Shown: piece after piece, positions 24,101 through 40,026 of the stretch
How the letters are laid out: every line of letters begins with the position of its first letter
Numbering within the stretch: the stretch's first letter is position 1
NCBI GenBank assembly: GCA_964035545.1
Contig: OZ037765.1
Location: 8,070,698-8,134,697, forward strand
Source of the DNA: Bugula neritina
Taxonomy: Eukaryota; Animalia; Bryozoa
DNA: 64,000 nt
Direction of reading: 5' to 3'
Notes under the pieces: generated by a model
The model's database searches: none
What the model was told of the DNA's origin: nothing
What the model saw: the letters and a program-made list of their open reading frames with translations, nothing else
Made by a program: the position numbers and the translations under genes

Positions 24101-27100
24101 ACTATTAATAGCAGATTAGAAGACTTTTATAATACAATATAAATGCTAAACAAACTATTAGTAACATATAACTATTAACTATTGTTTTGGTTGTTAACAT
24201 AAAAATCAAATTTATAGAATACAAATATATAACATATACTCATAGTAACCAATAGCTATGAGCTTTCTAGAGAAACAAAATTGAATAGCTATTGCCAATC
24301 GATTGAGTAAGTGTTCGGAGTTTATTCGCATCAATTCAAGATTAGTAAGTAAGTTTATAATAAGGCTACTGCCCAAGCCTACACAAACCCATGTTTAATA
24401 TATATTATATAACAATACAACTGCTAGAGACAGTAGGCTACTCTTGTAAGATTCAATATATGAAACACCATGTATTGATTGATTGACAGCAGCTGACTAC
24501 GAGTAGCAACTTTTTACAGTAGAATGTATTCAAACCTTCTAGAGAGATCAAAGACTTTGATAACACCAAGTGAGCTGCCCACTACCAAGTAGTTTGCACA
24601 CACATCCAGTGCTGTTGGTACTCCCTCCGTCTCAGTAAAGTTTAACACTTGTTTTATTGTTCCCTGAAGTTGAGTAAAACAAGAAGTTAAGAATCCAATA
24701 TTCTTATGACTATTGAATTAAATCAGTACAATATCACTTACATATCACAACAGCTATGTCGATGTAATTATTGTCCATCAATGAAATAGTCTTGTTTATA
24801 AAGTTCATTACCTGCATAGTTCGTACTTGGGCTTTCTGGCCTTCTATAGTGTACACATTTTGCCCATGGACAGCAACTTTCGAGGCTTCACAACTCCAAT
24901 TTCCTATAAGGAAACACACTGATGGTAGAAACGCCATGTATAAAAACTGAGTGAGCGTTTTGAAGTATAAAGTCACATTTAGAGAGTACGCTAGATTATT
25001 GGCTGCTCAATAGAACCTCACAAGAAAATTTATGATAGATCTATACGTATGAAGTATGTGCAACTTTTCAACTTGCTTGTCTAATAAACTTAGTAGCAAT
25101 AGTTAATGTATTATGCAAACATGACTCACTAGAATACATTTCTCTATAAATAATAGGCATTCATAACAAATCTCCTTGCTTCAACTAAGTGAATGGTGAG
25201 AGGTCAAATTGTGCTTCACTTAACATTATTTTTCAATGTATGCTTCAATTTTTATACCATCAAATAGTAGCACAAAGACATGCATACTTGTATATGTTGA
25301 ATAAGGCAACGGCCACAAAGTAATTTGTATCACTGCACAAGAGTATGAATGTTCTCACCTATCCCCTTCAGTGTTTGCTGGTCCTGGTTTATTTCATACA
25401 TTTCTACTAACTTTCCATTCCACACTGCAGCGGAATCCTTCCCCACAGCAACCCCATGCACCTAATAACAAACAGTGAGGACAACCTTGCCAGATACAAC
25501 CTGGGATTTGCATGATCAGTGATCAAGCCAGAAACCATATTAACTCACTTACCTGAATGCTGGTTTTTATTTCATGATGTACGTTTGTGGCGAAACAGTC
25601 AATAGAAACGCTTTGTGGCCCAAGTTGCACTGCTGCCACCTGCAACAGCATAGACATGCACCTGACTACATGTTAACGTAGAAATATAAACAAAATCATT
25701 TCATGGTCAACAGTTAGGGAGGCATTGCTTGAATAACTGTATAAAATATTGAAGAAATGCAAAGAGTGCATACTTTTCACGGAAAATACTCAAAACAAAT
25801 TAAAAAACACCCTTATTTCTCTCAAATCAGAATGCAAGTTGTATAAAAATATCAAACAAAACAACTATTTGGGACGTAAGAACTGTTTTAGCTTCCTTGT
25901 TCCTTAGCATAATGTAGCTGCTAGTGCATATGCCAAATGGTTGTTACTGCAGAGGGTAATCAAAACTCCGCACTGTAGCAACGCCTGCTGTCTTCCCAGA
26001 TAGCAAGATACGACATGTGCACACAACTACAGTTATCAGATTTGTTACATATACTCACATTCTCACTAAATGCAGTCTTCATCACCTGCTCATTCAAGAG
26101 GAACAAATTGTCAATTGAACTGGCGGCAAGTAGATTCTCTGATGAACCAAACTAAAACACAATGTTGTTACAAAGTCAAAAAATTAGTTCAAAACATAAA
26201 ACTAGTAGCAATAAACAAGTATGTCTACGAGTTTTACACAATATCTACAGAACTTTATAATTTCTAATCGCATGCGTCATACCATAATATGCTCAATCAT
26301 CCCTTCAATAGCAGATGGTGGTTGTAGCTTCCAACAATTTTCATCTTCATCTGATTTCTCAGACTGGTAGTGCTTCCACATAGCAACATTACCAAGGTTG
26401 GTTCCAGCCGCAATAGTTTCTAGAAAAAAAGTAAAAAAATTGGAGTTTTCATAATAAAGATTATTGCTAACCAAATAAGATCCACAAAAGGACCATCACT
26501 CTGCAAAAATAATTTTGAAAAAATGGGCAAATAGGTTACCAAACTTATACACATTGTTACACTCTTTATTCAAATTCAAGTGCCTACCTTTATCTTTGCT
26601 GTAGGTGACACAATTAATAAGCTCATTTTTGTCATACGCTGGCTGACTTTCTAATGACAATACATAATTGTTACTGTTCACCAAATCCCACACTCTAATA
26701 ACACTTTCACCAGTAGCTGTTGCTAGAACCCCTGACCCTGCCCAGCATACACTTGGTCTGTCTCCTTTTCCACTCAACTTCACCTAAATGCGTGCAAATA
26801 GAGCAAGTGTTTACTGATTGCTTACTTATTATAAGCATAAAAATACAAATTTAAAAATAAATTTAAGCAAGATTATGTGACTAAGTCATCTTTAATATTG
26901 TCTCTTTTACTGGAGGATGTTACACAACTGTTAAATTACCTTAAATATTTCTTTGAGGTCACCTGAAGGTGAAACATTGTGCTGAGCGAGTGTAAGATTG
27001 ACCGTGATGGTCACCAGAATACTTTTAGACTCCATCATCATCAGTTTGAAAATAGCAGCATCAGTTGTAAAGCATTTTTGAGTTTTGCCATTTGTCTCGT

Positions 27101-28302
27101 GGCAATGGTAAACAGAGCCTAAAAATTGTCAAAATGTTGGCTCACCATAAAACTTGAGCAATAATCAAAACATCTATGTGTATTCAAATTACTTATCTGC
27201 TTTTTGTAACTTGGCAAATTCATTTAAAGCAAATCAAAATTATTATATGTATGATCCTATAAGATAACATTATGATGATAAAAAAGCGTTTGTATTCTTT
27301 ATATTGCTATATTTTATTACTATAAATAAATATATACCTCCATCTGTTCCCACATAGAAATCTATTACTTCGTGAGGTACAGATAAACTTAAACCTCGGG
27401 TTCCACTTTCTTTCCAGCTGAACATGTCTAGTGCTGACTCATCACCACTAACTGCTGCTCTTGCCAAAGCAGCAATATTACTGCAATAACAATAACATGT
27501 GTATTCAACTTGAAAACATGTAGTCTGATAATGTAACACAGAAACATACAACTTTAACAACTATGAAAAATATTCAAAGTCAATTATTTTATTTGTAGAT
27601 ATTATGACAAACTCACACTCCTTGCTTTTCTGGAACAGCCCGGAATACTATTTCTTTGACATGCTCTTGAAAATTGTGCTGCAAAACTGGACGACTCTGA
27701 ACCTGGCCCCGACCATTTACTTTCCAAACAGCTACATTCCCAGCCTAACAAAATAGATACAGATATCACAGGATTTTAATGAATCTGTATAAAAATTTTA
27801 CCAGAAAAACTACAATTTATCAGAAAACTTCCAAACATACCTGATCTGCGGATACCAAACGAGATGCCTTAGAGCTCCACACCAAACAAGTAATGCAATC
27901 ATTATGCATCTTTGGGACATCAATGATCTCTCTGGAACCCTCATTCCATATGACAACCTCGCCATTTTGCCAACCCGTGGCAATGATTTTGTTTTGTGGC
28001 TGCCAACATGCAACTGTGCATTGTGCAGATCGATTCACAGTAGCATGATTGAGAGCTTCTCCCTGATAAATATTCACAAGTTATATGATTAGAATTTGGT
28101 GCAAAAGAGTTTCTCTATGAAGACAGCACTCTATAGTCGGTCTAAAATCTTGACTTACACTTTTGTTGTAAAGATTGACAGATCCCCCTGCACCATTGCT
28201 GAATGAAACAACAGCTAAGATTGGATGAACGTTGTGGTAATACAGCCCGGAAATATCCCCCAGTTGTGTGGTATTTATTTTCTTATCAAAATAAACTGCC
28301 AT
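18176..28302 (-). CDS. IFT140: Intraflagellar transport protein 140 (WD40 + TPR, IFT-A)
   Basis: More than 25 exons starting MAVYFD. Contains [89 protein letters not shown], and an acidic C-terminus. Confidence 0.97.
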
Positions 28303-29630
28303 ATCTAAACTGAAACAAAAATGAAACAATTATTATTTTCCACTAAAACAGAAATTTTCTTAGCCTGCGTTAATATAAAATGATTGTATACTTGAAAGTA
28401 AAAATTATAAGTTATACATTTAACAAAGTCATGATTATCCTGCAAGGAATTTCATTAGGTAGTAACTAATTTATGTGCACACACCAAAACTAACTTTTAC
28501 CAGTGAGTAAATATTGTCATCAACTTTTACAACCCTCTGTGTAGCATCAAATATATGTGCCAAGAAATTATTACTTACAGTTGTTGAATATTTACATCAT
28601 ACATAATATCAAATATTCTAACTCTTTATTATTTATTCCTTGATACAATCGTTAAAACCCATTTTTTCATTCCAATGTTTATAGTTCATACAAATCACAC
28701 TTGCTGTCGGTTACACTAAACAATTTTTATGGTTTACTTAGGGCACATGCAAACAAAGTTTTACAATAAGTTTTGTAGTCAGTGATTTTATGTTTGAAAA
28801 TTTATAGGTAAATGGTGGTTACCTGAACCTTACTTAATGTTTTGTAATGGTACAAAAACAAGTAATAAAAGCAATTCTGATTGAACTTTAAGTTACTTAA
28901 TTTTTTTGCAAATGATTAAATTTAACAAGCCTAATAGTAATACTAATAGTAAATTAGATGTTTATACTTTATTCATACCTTTGCACCAAATGATTAATCA
29001 TTTAATGATATTCATTTTGCCACTATACTACTGTACAAGATTATTGTTAATTTTCAACCTGACAGTTTAAATTCATTGATTTAACTAATCTTTAAATTAT
29101 AAATATAATCATAATAATATTAATTCTGACAATATGATTATATTAATAATTTAAGTTAAAAAGGATAATAATCAAACTATTAAGTTAACCAAAACTATAA
29201 TTACAAAATTAAGTATAATTAAAATGTGAAACAAATAAACAATTGCATGACTATTAGTATTAGGACTAATAATATCAATATTATAACATAAACGGTTGCG
29301 AGTAAAACTAATTGTAATGCTAATATTATTAATATTTTATTTTTAATATTATTATTAATAACCATAATTACATTGGTTATTACTTATTACTATTACTATT
29401 AGTATCAATGTTGGACTTTGTGTAACTGTAAGTATTAGAAAAATTTATCTTAAGTAACATTTTAAGTAACATTCTCCAAAAACGCTAATAGTAATTATAT
29501 TCGTTGTTTAATTAAAAATTACTTCAAATCAATCAATGTAATGCAAAAACACTGATAACATCAAGTAAAGGAAATAAAAATTAAAGTGAGGAATGTAAAC
29601 ACATGCATAAGTACCCGTATGAGTATATAC

Positions 29631-29643
29631 GTTTCTTGACAAC
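29631..29643 (-). promoter_or_regulatory. X-box-like (RFX) motif in the IFT140/DECR2 divergent promoter
   Basis: GTTGTCAAGAAAC on the minus strand resembles the X-box GTYNYY-N(0-3)-RGNAAC. It lies ~110 nt upstream of a probable IFT140 5'UTR donor (~29522) and 65 nt upstream of the DECR2 ATG. Confidence 0.5.
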
Positions 29644-29707
29644 GTGACCTATAATTCTCACAACCACTCAGACTGTAACTCCTCATTTACCGCAAGCTGT
29701 ACAAAAC

Positions 29708-32700
29708 ATGGCGTCTTCTAGAGAAAACTTTACACCTGAAAATTGTATTGAAAATTATAAAAGTATATTCTCCAAAACCGCCTTGAGGTAGTGTTAATAA
29801 AAATGATTTATTTAACACGTTGTATTTTATGTAATAATATTATTTAGGCAATAACCTGAAATTTCCTTTCACAAAATCATAACGATAGTAAAATCAATGA
29901 TTGCCACGCCCCCAACAGTATCACTAAGTCTAATGTAGTCATTTAGATTTTCTCGACCTCTAGTAAGATTTATGTTAATTCAACCAAGAGATAGCAGTAG
30001 GAAATATTAGTTTTTTAATCCACAACATATCTATGTTAGCTTAACAGCTATATGGTAGCCGTAGAGAAAATCAAAATGATGAGCAGATATTCATATTCAT
30101 ATTGGATACAACTTGAAGTTGAGCATTAGCTTTAAGTGTTAAACTTAACATAACTGCAAAAACTGAAATGTACAGATATGCAGATATGACACAACAGCAT
30201 TAGCTACCTGTAATTTATTATTATGATGGAAAAATGATGGACATATATTGGGGTTTGAACCCCAACAGCTTACAGTGCCAATTTGCTTAGCAGTGTGTAG
30301 CGAAGCCTTGTTTTCGATATAGTTTTTGATCAAAGATATTATAGGCCTACAAGACAAAAAAGTTTTAAAATTAGTTCTTTCACAATTTTAATATCTATAC
30401 CTTGTTTTAGTGGAAAAATAGCTTTTATTACTGGAGGTGGATCTGGTATTGGATTTACTATAGCTGAGGTGCTGATGAGGTTTGGAAGGCATTTTGTAGT
30501 TTGTTATTTTACTTTGTTATTTAACTTATTTTATTAACATAAAATGCAAAATTTTGTTCATTTAGGCCACTTTTTGATACCATGTACTGTTGTGAATGTT
30601 CACGGCAAATGTTATTTTTTATAGACATGGGTGCAATGTAGCAATAGCTAGCAGAAATTTGGTCAAGTTGCAATCTGCTCAGTCAGCTTTACAGAAAGCT
30701 GTCCCTGGTGCAGAATGTTTTATTGCTCAAATGGATGTCAGAAAGGTAAATCTCTATTCTTTTATAAGATGCAATTTATCCGTTGGAATTTTGTTATTAC
30801 GTATGTTTTTAACCCAAAGCAATGTATATACTATTGTCACTTAGCCAGGTGAAGTCAAGGCTTGTGTGGACCAAATCTTATCTAAGTTTAACCGCATAGA
30901 TATCCTTGTGAACAGTAAGTTATATATACTTTGCTGATTTATAAGTGTTAATTGCTTATGTGCTGCAAACCTGAAAAATCATGCATTTAATGCTGTAGAA
31001 AAGTGGTAGTTATGTTACAACTTACATGTGCATACACTATATAAATGGCATTTATAACTTGTTTGTATGAACTTTGTCTTCAACTCAATATGACGATGAT
31101 TACCATATGTTTTAGACTCAGCTGGAAATTTCTTGTGTTTAGCTGAAGGGTTGTCTTCAAATGCGTACAGAAATGTTATAGATATAGATACTGTTGGTAC
31201 ATTTACTACTTCCAAGACGGTTTATGAAGCTTTCTTCAAGGTATTTCAGATTCTTAACACCCTTATGTTTTGCACATGTACTCTCTTTAAAAAAATAAGG
31301 TGGAAGTTATAAATTAAATTCCTAATTTTATGATTTTAGAAAAATGGAGGTGTAATTATAAACATTGGAGCTACATTACATGTGAATGGCCAGGTGTTAC
31401 AGTGTCATGCTGGCTCAGCTAAAGCTGCTATAGGTGAGTGTTGATGAGAATGTATTTGTACTACATTTTAATAACATAAAACATACATATGTTTAAAAAA
31501 GATAAACTGACTTTTAAAAAAAAATACCTGCAGCATATATAATGTATACATAATACAGAACATAGCCACATTAGCTGTCATAGTAAGTAGTAAACATCGT
31601 TTGGAAAAACACTGATTTGAATATGATAAAAAGCATAAAAAGTTATTTCAATGTTGTAATATATTTATTATATGTTTGTATAATACTTTAAACCTTCCAC
31701 AAATTTCTTGTTCAAATGAAGGTGATTGTGTTTTGTAGAAGCTATGACTAAACACTTGGCTGTAGAATGGGGTCCAGATAATGTCAGAATAGTTTGCATA
31801 TCTCCTGGACCAATTGCTGACACGGTTGGATACTCAAAACTAGGTAAACTTATTCTGTTTTGTTGACAAAATTATGTTAAAGTTTTCACTACTTGCAAAG
31901 TTTATCAACTTAACCTTGCTGATTGTCTTGCTTTATTAAAATTTAAAAATTGCTTCAAATAATTTTAAAATTTACTGATTAAAAATTTTGGCGGTAGAAG
32001 TGGTAGCCCCAACTGTTGGGAAATAGAATAATTATTTAGGCTCTTGCTCCATGTTTAAATTAACTTTGTAAAAATTCCTTAAAATTTTAATAACATTTGT
32101 CCAAAATAATTGGCAATTTGTATAGTGCAAATAGTATTTAAAGTAATTTCAAATCCTAAAGGTGAAAGGAATAAAAAGTTATGGAAGTTATAAATTAAAC
32201 TACTCATTTCAATATAGCAGGTCTCTTGTGTATAATTCGGAGTTGTTTCCTCTCTGATGAAAATTCTTCTGAAAACCGTAATATAATAAGTAAATTTGTA
32301 AAATTATAGCTCTGTCAATGTCTGCCATTAGTTTTTTGGTTAGAAATAGATATTTGTAACCAACAAATTAAATTTAACTTATGCAACACGTTTTATTTTA
32401 TTTTAAAAAGTGCATTCTCATTTTTGTGGCTGCTTATTTACTGAGTAATGCTGCAGTGATTTAGTGAGCCAGTTGAATAAAATCATACACCTGTACTATA
32501 GATAAAAGTAAACAGTCCACATTGATTGAATGAAAGTGGTTATAATATGTGGGCATGGAATGAATCTTACGAATATACATTTTGTAATAGGATACAACTC
32601 TTTTCTTAACTGGTATAACAACCAATAAAGCAGAAACGTATAAGAAAATTATAATCAATGCTTGGACTAAATCACATTGACTTGAATTTTTCTGATTTTC

Positions 32701-33579
32701 ATTACTATAATTATTTGTACACAAAAATAGAATAAAATGACTTCAATTGAATTTTTTGGTAAAGCTTTTACTAGTTTGTGCAGATTCTTTCTCATACCCA
32801 AATGTACAAAAACAAGGGTTTCAATCATGAGGAAACAACTCAAAGATTAATTAATTTAGGATGCTAATGGTTTTAACTTTAGACCTGTTTCTATCAAATA
32901 TAATTGAACTGAGAACTACACAGGATAACTTGGTCAGTTTACTCGACTTTTGATGGTATTTTCTTATATTTCAACTTGAATACTGGCAAGCTTATGAGAA
33001 AAATACTAGTATGAAATTATGACTGCAGATATTAGTGTGATGAAGATATATTATATGTAGCATTTACACTGCAATAAGTTAATAACTAAGCATTTACCAA
33101 TAATTAATTATCTGTCCTTTTATATTTGAAATGATAGTAATGCAACTCCAATATTACTCCCATGTCCTAGGTCTCCCAATCTGTGATAAGTAAGCAAGAC
33201 TTTTTAAAGTTATAGAACAGTAAACCCAAATGCATCAATTGAAATCAATAATATTATGTATTTTTATTATTAAATTAATAGAATTATATTACAATCTACA
33301 TAATTGTTTCAATAATATAGTGCAATGGAGAGCAATATTTCTACATAATTTTACTCAACAGGTGGCTCTGTGTTTACTGAGGAACAAATTGCTCAATCGA
33401 TTCCTATACAAAGAGTTGGTAGAAGAATAGATATTGCGAACACAGTGCTGTTTGCAGTTAGTGATGCAGGGTCCTATATCACTGGAACCAATCTAGTTGT
33501 TGATGGTGGAGCTATCTTGACTGCTTCAAATGGCATGCATGGAATTGCTCAGTTACTTAATGCTCACAGCAAACTTTAG
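29708..33579 (+). CDS. DECR2: Peroxisomal 2,4-dienoyl-CoA reductase (SDR family)
   Basis: Exons 29708-29787, 30411-30479, 30625-30745, 30845-30914, ~31116-31240, ~31340-31432, 31739-31843, 33362-33579. Motifs [44 protein letters not shown]; C-terminal PTS1 SKL. Confidence 0.94.
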
Positions 33580-34264
33580 CAGTATACTACTTTACTCCGA
33601 GCACATGCCGGATTTAGACACTTTTGAAAATTTACTTCTTTTATGTCCGTTAGGTGGTAGTGAATAATGATAATTTCAACAGTTATATATTTTTATGTTT
33701 TATTTTTATAAGTATGCTTCTTTAAAAATTCAGGTCAATTGCTCCTTTTAATAGTCTCGTCATTTTGAAAGAAGTGGGGTATTTTTGAACAGCTTTTAAC
33801 AAATGTATCTGTTGTAGCAATATCATGTTTTCATCATGTTGAAATTGTTTAAATTTGTTGTTTGCAATACACATATTCATATTCCTTAAATTGCATTTTG
33901 TAAATGTGTTGTTTCTATTAATATTTATTGTAATTAATTAAGCCACCAAATTACATGCTGTTTTGCACAACTATAGAATTGTTGTTTGTTATAAAGTATT
34001 GTTGGAGTAATAATTTTGCCATTCCATGTACTGGCAGTTTTACATAAATTTATAAAATAAATGTGCATTAGAAATGTTAGAAGTGTTGGTGCAATGCGAA
34101 TGTTATAGATAAGACAATTGTTAATGCATGATTGTACCTAGTAATTTTATTACAAAATAACATATTTCATTACTAACAATAAATTAAATTAATGAAACGT
34201 TTCTAAACTATTTTCTGCTGCTTTAAACCAGTTGTATTCATGAGATTATTAAAGTTCACATTAC

Positions 34265-35952
<1,688 letters not shown>

Positions 35953-36003
35953 CTACGTTAGTGCTCGTAGACAAGAGTGTGCACTATCTAGGATACTTCC
36001 TAG

Positions 36004-36046
36004 TTATATATTGTTTTCAAAACCCTAATCGGTTTTCCGTATATGG
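36004..36046 (-). promoter_or_regulatory. Actin-1 promoter: TATA-like and CArG-like box
   Basis: TATATAA on the minus strand at 36004-36010; CCGTATATGG at 36037-36046, one mismatch from CC(A/T)6GG. Confidence 0.55.
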
Positions 36047-36311
36047 AGTTGCTATTATAGCCAATAAGATTTCCTTAATCGCACAAGCGGTCCTAGTAAA
36101 GATGACTACCGCCACATTCAAGTGTTTGTGTAGTGAAACAGTGTTACTGTTACTGATTGTAAAGTAAGAATATTTGCATTATTTACAATTACTAAACAAT
36201 GTATAATAATAAACATAATCTTTATAGTGTAAGTCGAATAATATAATCAATATATTAGTATTTTTTTCAAACGATCTAGGTTGACCCTCCACCGCGTTAA
36301 ACTTCACCGGC

Positions 36312-36730
36312 TAGTACTAGTAGTAGACGTAGTACTAGTAGTAGTACTACTACTGCTACTAGTTACTGGTAGCTGTAGACACTCAGACTGACAGTGACAG
36401 TACTACTAGTACTACTTACTAGTAATACTAGGTCTAGTAGTAGTAGTAGTAGTACTGCGTCTACTCAGTACATTGACTCAAAGTTAAAGTTTGTCATTGA
36501 TTGTATTCACACTCAATCTCATGCTGGTACTTCAAGTTCATAGTCAAACTCAATGTTTGAATGATCATTAACTCATCATTGATTATGAAACTCATAAACA
36601 TAAAGATAACCGTAGGTCTAGCGATAGTCAAACTCATTGTGATTGACATTGTCATTTTTTAGTGTTTAGTCAGCATTTCCCCTTAGAATTAGTTTCAATA
36701 GATACAAACTATAACTATAAGATTAAGTCA
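36312..36730. repeat. (TAG/CTA)-rich imperfect palindrome followed by periodic tract
   Basis: GTAGACGTAGTACTAGTAGTAG (~36322) pairs with GTAGTAGTAGTACTGCGTCTAC (~36442-36464); periodic AGTCAA/ACTCAT/ACTATA units continue to ~36730. Confidence 0.7.
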
Positions 36731-37549
36731 TAAGTGTATTGGCATTCTGGGTCTCATTTGATACTTTTTTCGACTTTTAAATCTAACAAGAACTATAAGC
36801 ATTTGAGTGTTTTACACAAATCCACATTGACATAAACTTAAATGCTGCATGACAAACTTATAACTGCAACATGATCATTCACATTAATTTTACATTAGCT
36901 TTAAGTTGAGACATTTTACAAAAAAAAAAACTATGGAGCTCTGAAAAAGTAATTTTGGGCACACCTGACATAAACTTTCAAATTTGTCTTGAATGCAAAC
37001 TTCAGTCCTCTGTTACTATCGGGCTGTAAAAATGAATTTAAACCAAAATTTATAATGATAAAAATGGCTGCATTTCATTTCTTGTCAAGCTTATATATAA
37101 TCATATTTTATTCAGTTCAGTTTTGAGTTTAAAACATGTTGAGGGTCAGGGTAAAAGTGCTGTTTCTCCAAGGACTACAGTTGACATTTGCCTTCTATAG
37201 TTTGAATAACAGTCAAAGTTGAAAAATAAATTTATCTGATACTATAAATTATTTGCTTACACTTCAAATAATAAGTTATTAATATTGTTGCAACAGAAAA
37301 ACAAAAACAATCTTTGTGACTATGCTTGATTAACCATATCCTGATATCCATGATGGTTAATAATCATCATTAATTATGTACTTAGAATTTTTTGTCAGTC
37401 AAGGCTCTGTCATGGTTCTAGTTATTTTTTGCAATACATATTTATAATGAGTGCTAAATGTTAAATATATAGAAATGGTTGGAATCAATGCAAATGCAAA
37501 TTTAATATAATAATTAAAAAGGGACTTGCATCAATTTAGTAATCAATGA

Positions 37550-39100
37550 TTCTGGTCTAGCATAACACCTTTAGTACTAGCTGCTAGTAGTATAGAATGT
37601 TACCCAGATTGGATTTGTAACTTTTGGTCTGGCATTTGTGATGGAAACATTTTTTCATTTTATAGGTCGACAAATTCTCATAATTTGAAGTTGAGAAAAA
37701 GCTGGAACTATGGGTGGGGGAATTCTGATACTGTGCCTACTTGATACTTGCCTACCTAGGTGCTAAGTTGGTTGATTAAACTTCAAGTGATTTATGTGGG
37801 CAGAAGCAACCAATCAAAGTTACTTCTGTGCCCTGATTGAGACTAGGCCTATTATTAATGGTAATGTCATTGCATTGCTATTAAATTATAACCATGAATA
37901 ATAAGAAGAAATATGAGTGATAGTGATTATCCTGCAAAATAAGTATTGAAATAATAGCATCAGCAGTAATGAATTCAAAATGATGGTTTGGTGATGATGA
38001 CAACAGATTGTTTAAGGCATGTTGACAATTGGTAACAAGAATGATACTATTATTTTATATACCGCAATCAAAAATTAGTAATGAAGCAGTTTTTGTTATG
38101 TTGATTAATTAATTCACCACTTTGTTGATTATTTTTTAGTTTGTCGATTGCCATGTTTGTTATTTTGATGTTACTGTGTTTACTGTGCATCATTATTTTA
38201 TAATCCTCTTTATTGCATTGCCTATTGGTGCAGAAAGATGCATAGGAAGTTTTAAGGATCAAGAGAAGGTACTTTGGATTGATACTCCTGGTGTAATCAA
38301 CAATGTTTAAAAAAGTATATCTACATGTAATATATATGCACGTATATATTCTCGTAATATCTGCCAGTATATGTTATGTTTGATAATTCGTACTATCATA
38401 TTCAATGAAATGTAGCATAATATCAAAAGCAGAATGATGATGTTCTAGGAGTTGATGCCCTCATTTTGGTGTGCTATAGAAGTAAAGCAGTTTGCAAATA
38501 ATATATTATGTGGAACTTAGAATGCCCAGTATTGGATGCCATACCACTATGAGGTCCTTAGTTCTTACTAATCTCTCCTGAATCCATCTTCCATTGTCAT
38601 AACTACAAAGTCATTGACTCTGTAGTTATGACTCCAAGGGTGTTTAGCATTATTATTTTTCTGCATCACAGATGTTGTTGAAGTTAAATAAAAGCTATTT
38701 TCTTAGTTTAACCTCTCGTCACCCCTTTCGCAACTGCTCTGATGTCATAAAACTAGGGTTAGATTGTTAGAGCATTCAGCAGCTTGTATAATGGGCCTCT
38801 TATGTTGCTTCATGTTTTAAAAATATAAGTATTGACATTTCTTGCAATTCCAATTTTGTTGTTTTGCTTTCAGCTTTAATTAGTAGCCAAATTGTTTCAC
38901 TGTCTTATAAGAAGCTGGCCATTGTGTCAAACAATAACTGTACCCAATATTCACCTCACCAATAATATCCAGGTGAAGGTGTGGTAATTAGTTGAATTCA
39001 CCAACCCAAACCTTCTCTTAGTCACTGATCCATACTAGCTGTTGTCTTCTTCAAGTGATATGTATCAAGAATGTCATGATTACAGCAATGAGTTATTGAT
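37550..39100 (-). mobile_element. Heavily decayed non-LTR retrotransposon (APE endonuclease + RT remnants, RTE-like)
   Basis: Minus-strand fragments in the expected order: VWVGEFN (~39000; GDFN-like), CERGDERLN*ENSFYLTST (~38690-38735; NERGERL..EN.L..TNT-like), AIDKLKNNQQSG (~38120-38150; AIKKLKNNKAPG-like), AFLNFK (~37690; FLDFKKAFD-like), TKGVML (~37560; TRGVRQG-like). Many stops and frameshifts. Confidence 0.55.
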
Positions 39101-40026
39101 TTTAAATTAGTGCTGTTTAAGATGAATATTATATGGGATGTATCGATTTTAAATATCATCTTTTGTGTGTTTTTTGCTCATCAGATGTTAAACAGTGCAT
39201 TTTGGTATTCGTTGGGTAAGGTTGTTCAACTCTACCTTATATAATCTTCTATGTATAATATTTGTGAGATATTTGTTCATTTTTATAAATTGGTTAAAGA
39301 TATAACTGGATTAAATTTCTGGAACTTTTTTTTAGCAAATTCTCATTGTTTTGTATAATCATTAAGTTGAATTCGGTAGATGGAGATATGCCATTTGCTA
39401 GCAGCAGATCTATGCCAGACAATAACAGCCAAGGTCAGTGGCACAGGAAGCTGAATGTATCCTCTGTACATCCTTATGGTATCTACATACCGTCTCGTCA
39501 CCTGGTAGATAGAAAGAAACACGAATATCCTGCAGCTTGGCAACATCCAATGAATCACTTTACGGAACACAGGGAGTGTTTTGAGGTAAATTTACTGCAG
39601 CCTCACTCTTATTTCCTTTATATTTTGAATCAATTGGTGTAGACTGTCTACAATCTACATTGACAAGTATTGAGCACATTTCTTTACAACACACACTGTA
39701 AAACTGTAATTGTAATTTAACAAGTGCCACTGTTCTACTAGTTCTATTACATACACAAACCACACTTTCAAGCTAACATTAGTGGAAAAATCTTGTGATA
39801 TCAATGTGAATTTTCACTAGTTTTAGCAAGTATAGGTCTTATAACATCTAAAACTTTTGTATTTGGAAGGTTTCTGTGTGGGATAGATTATGTTGTTACT
39901 TGTGTACAGTTGTGGGTGAATCAGAAGGAAAAGGCTATTTATTTTCTTGGCATTATGAATGAAACATTAAAAAAACAGGAAGCGACCTCATCAAATATGA
40001 TTAATTTGACTTGTGCTCATAGTTTA

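Noticed and set aside
32245-32280. CTGATGA...GAAA hammerhead-like core, or a 57-nt cryptic exon, in a DECR2 intron
   Set aside because: Stems I and II cannot be formed convincingly, and the exon has a weak donor with no homology support.
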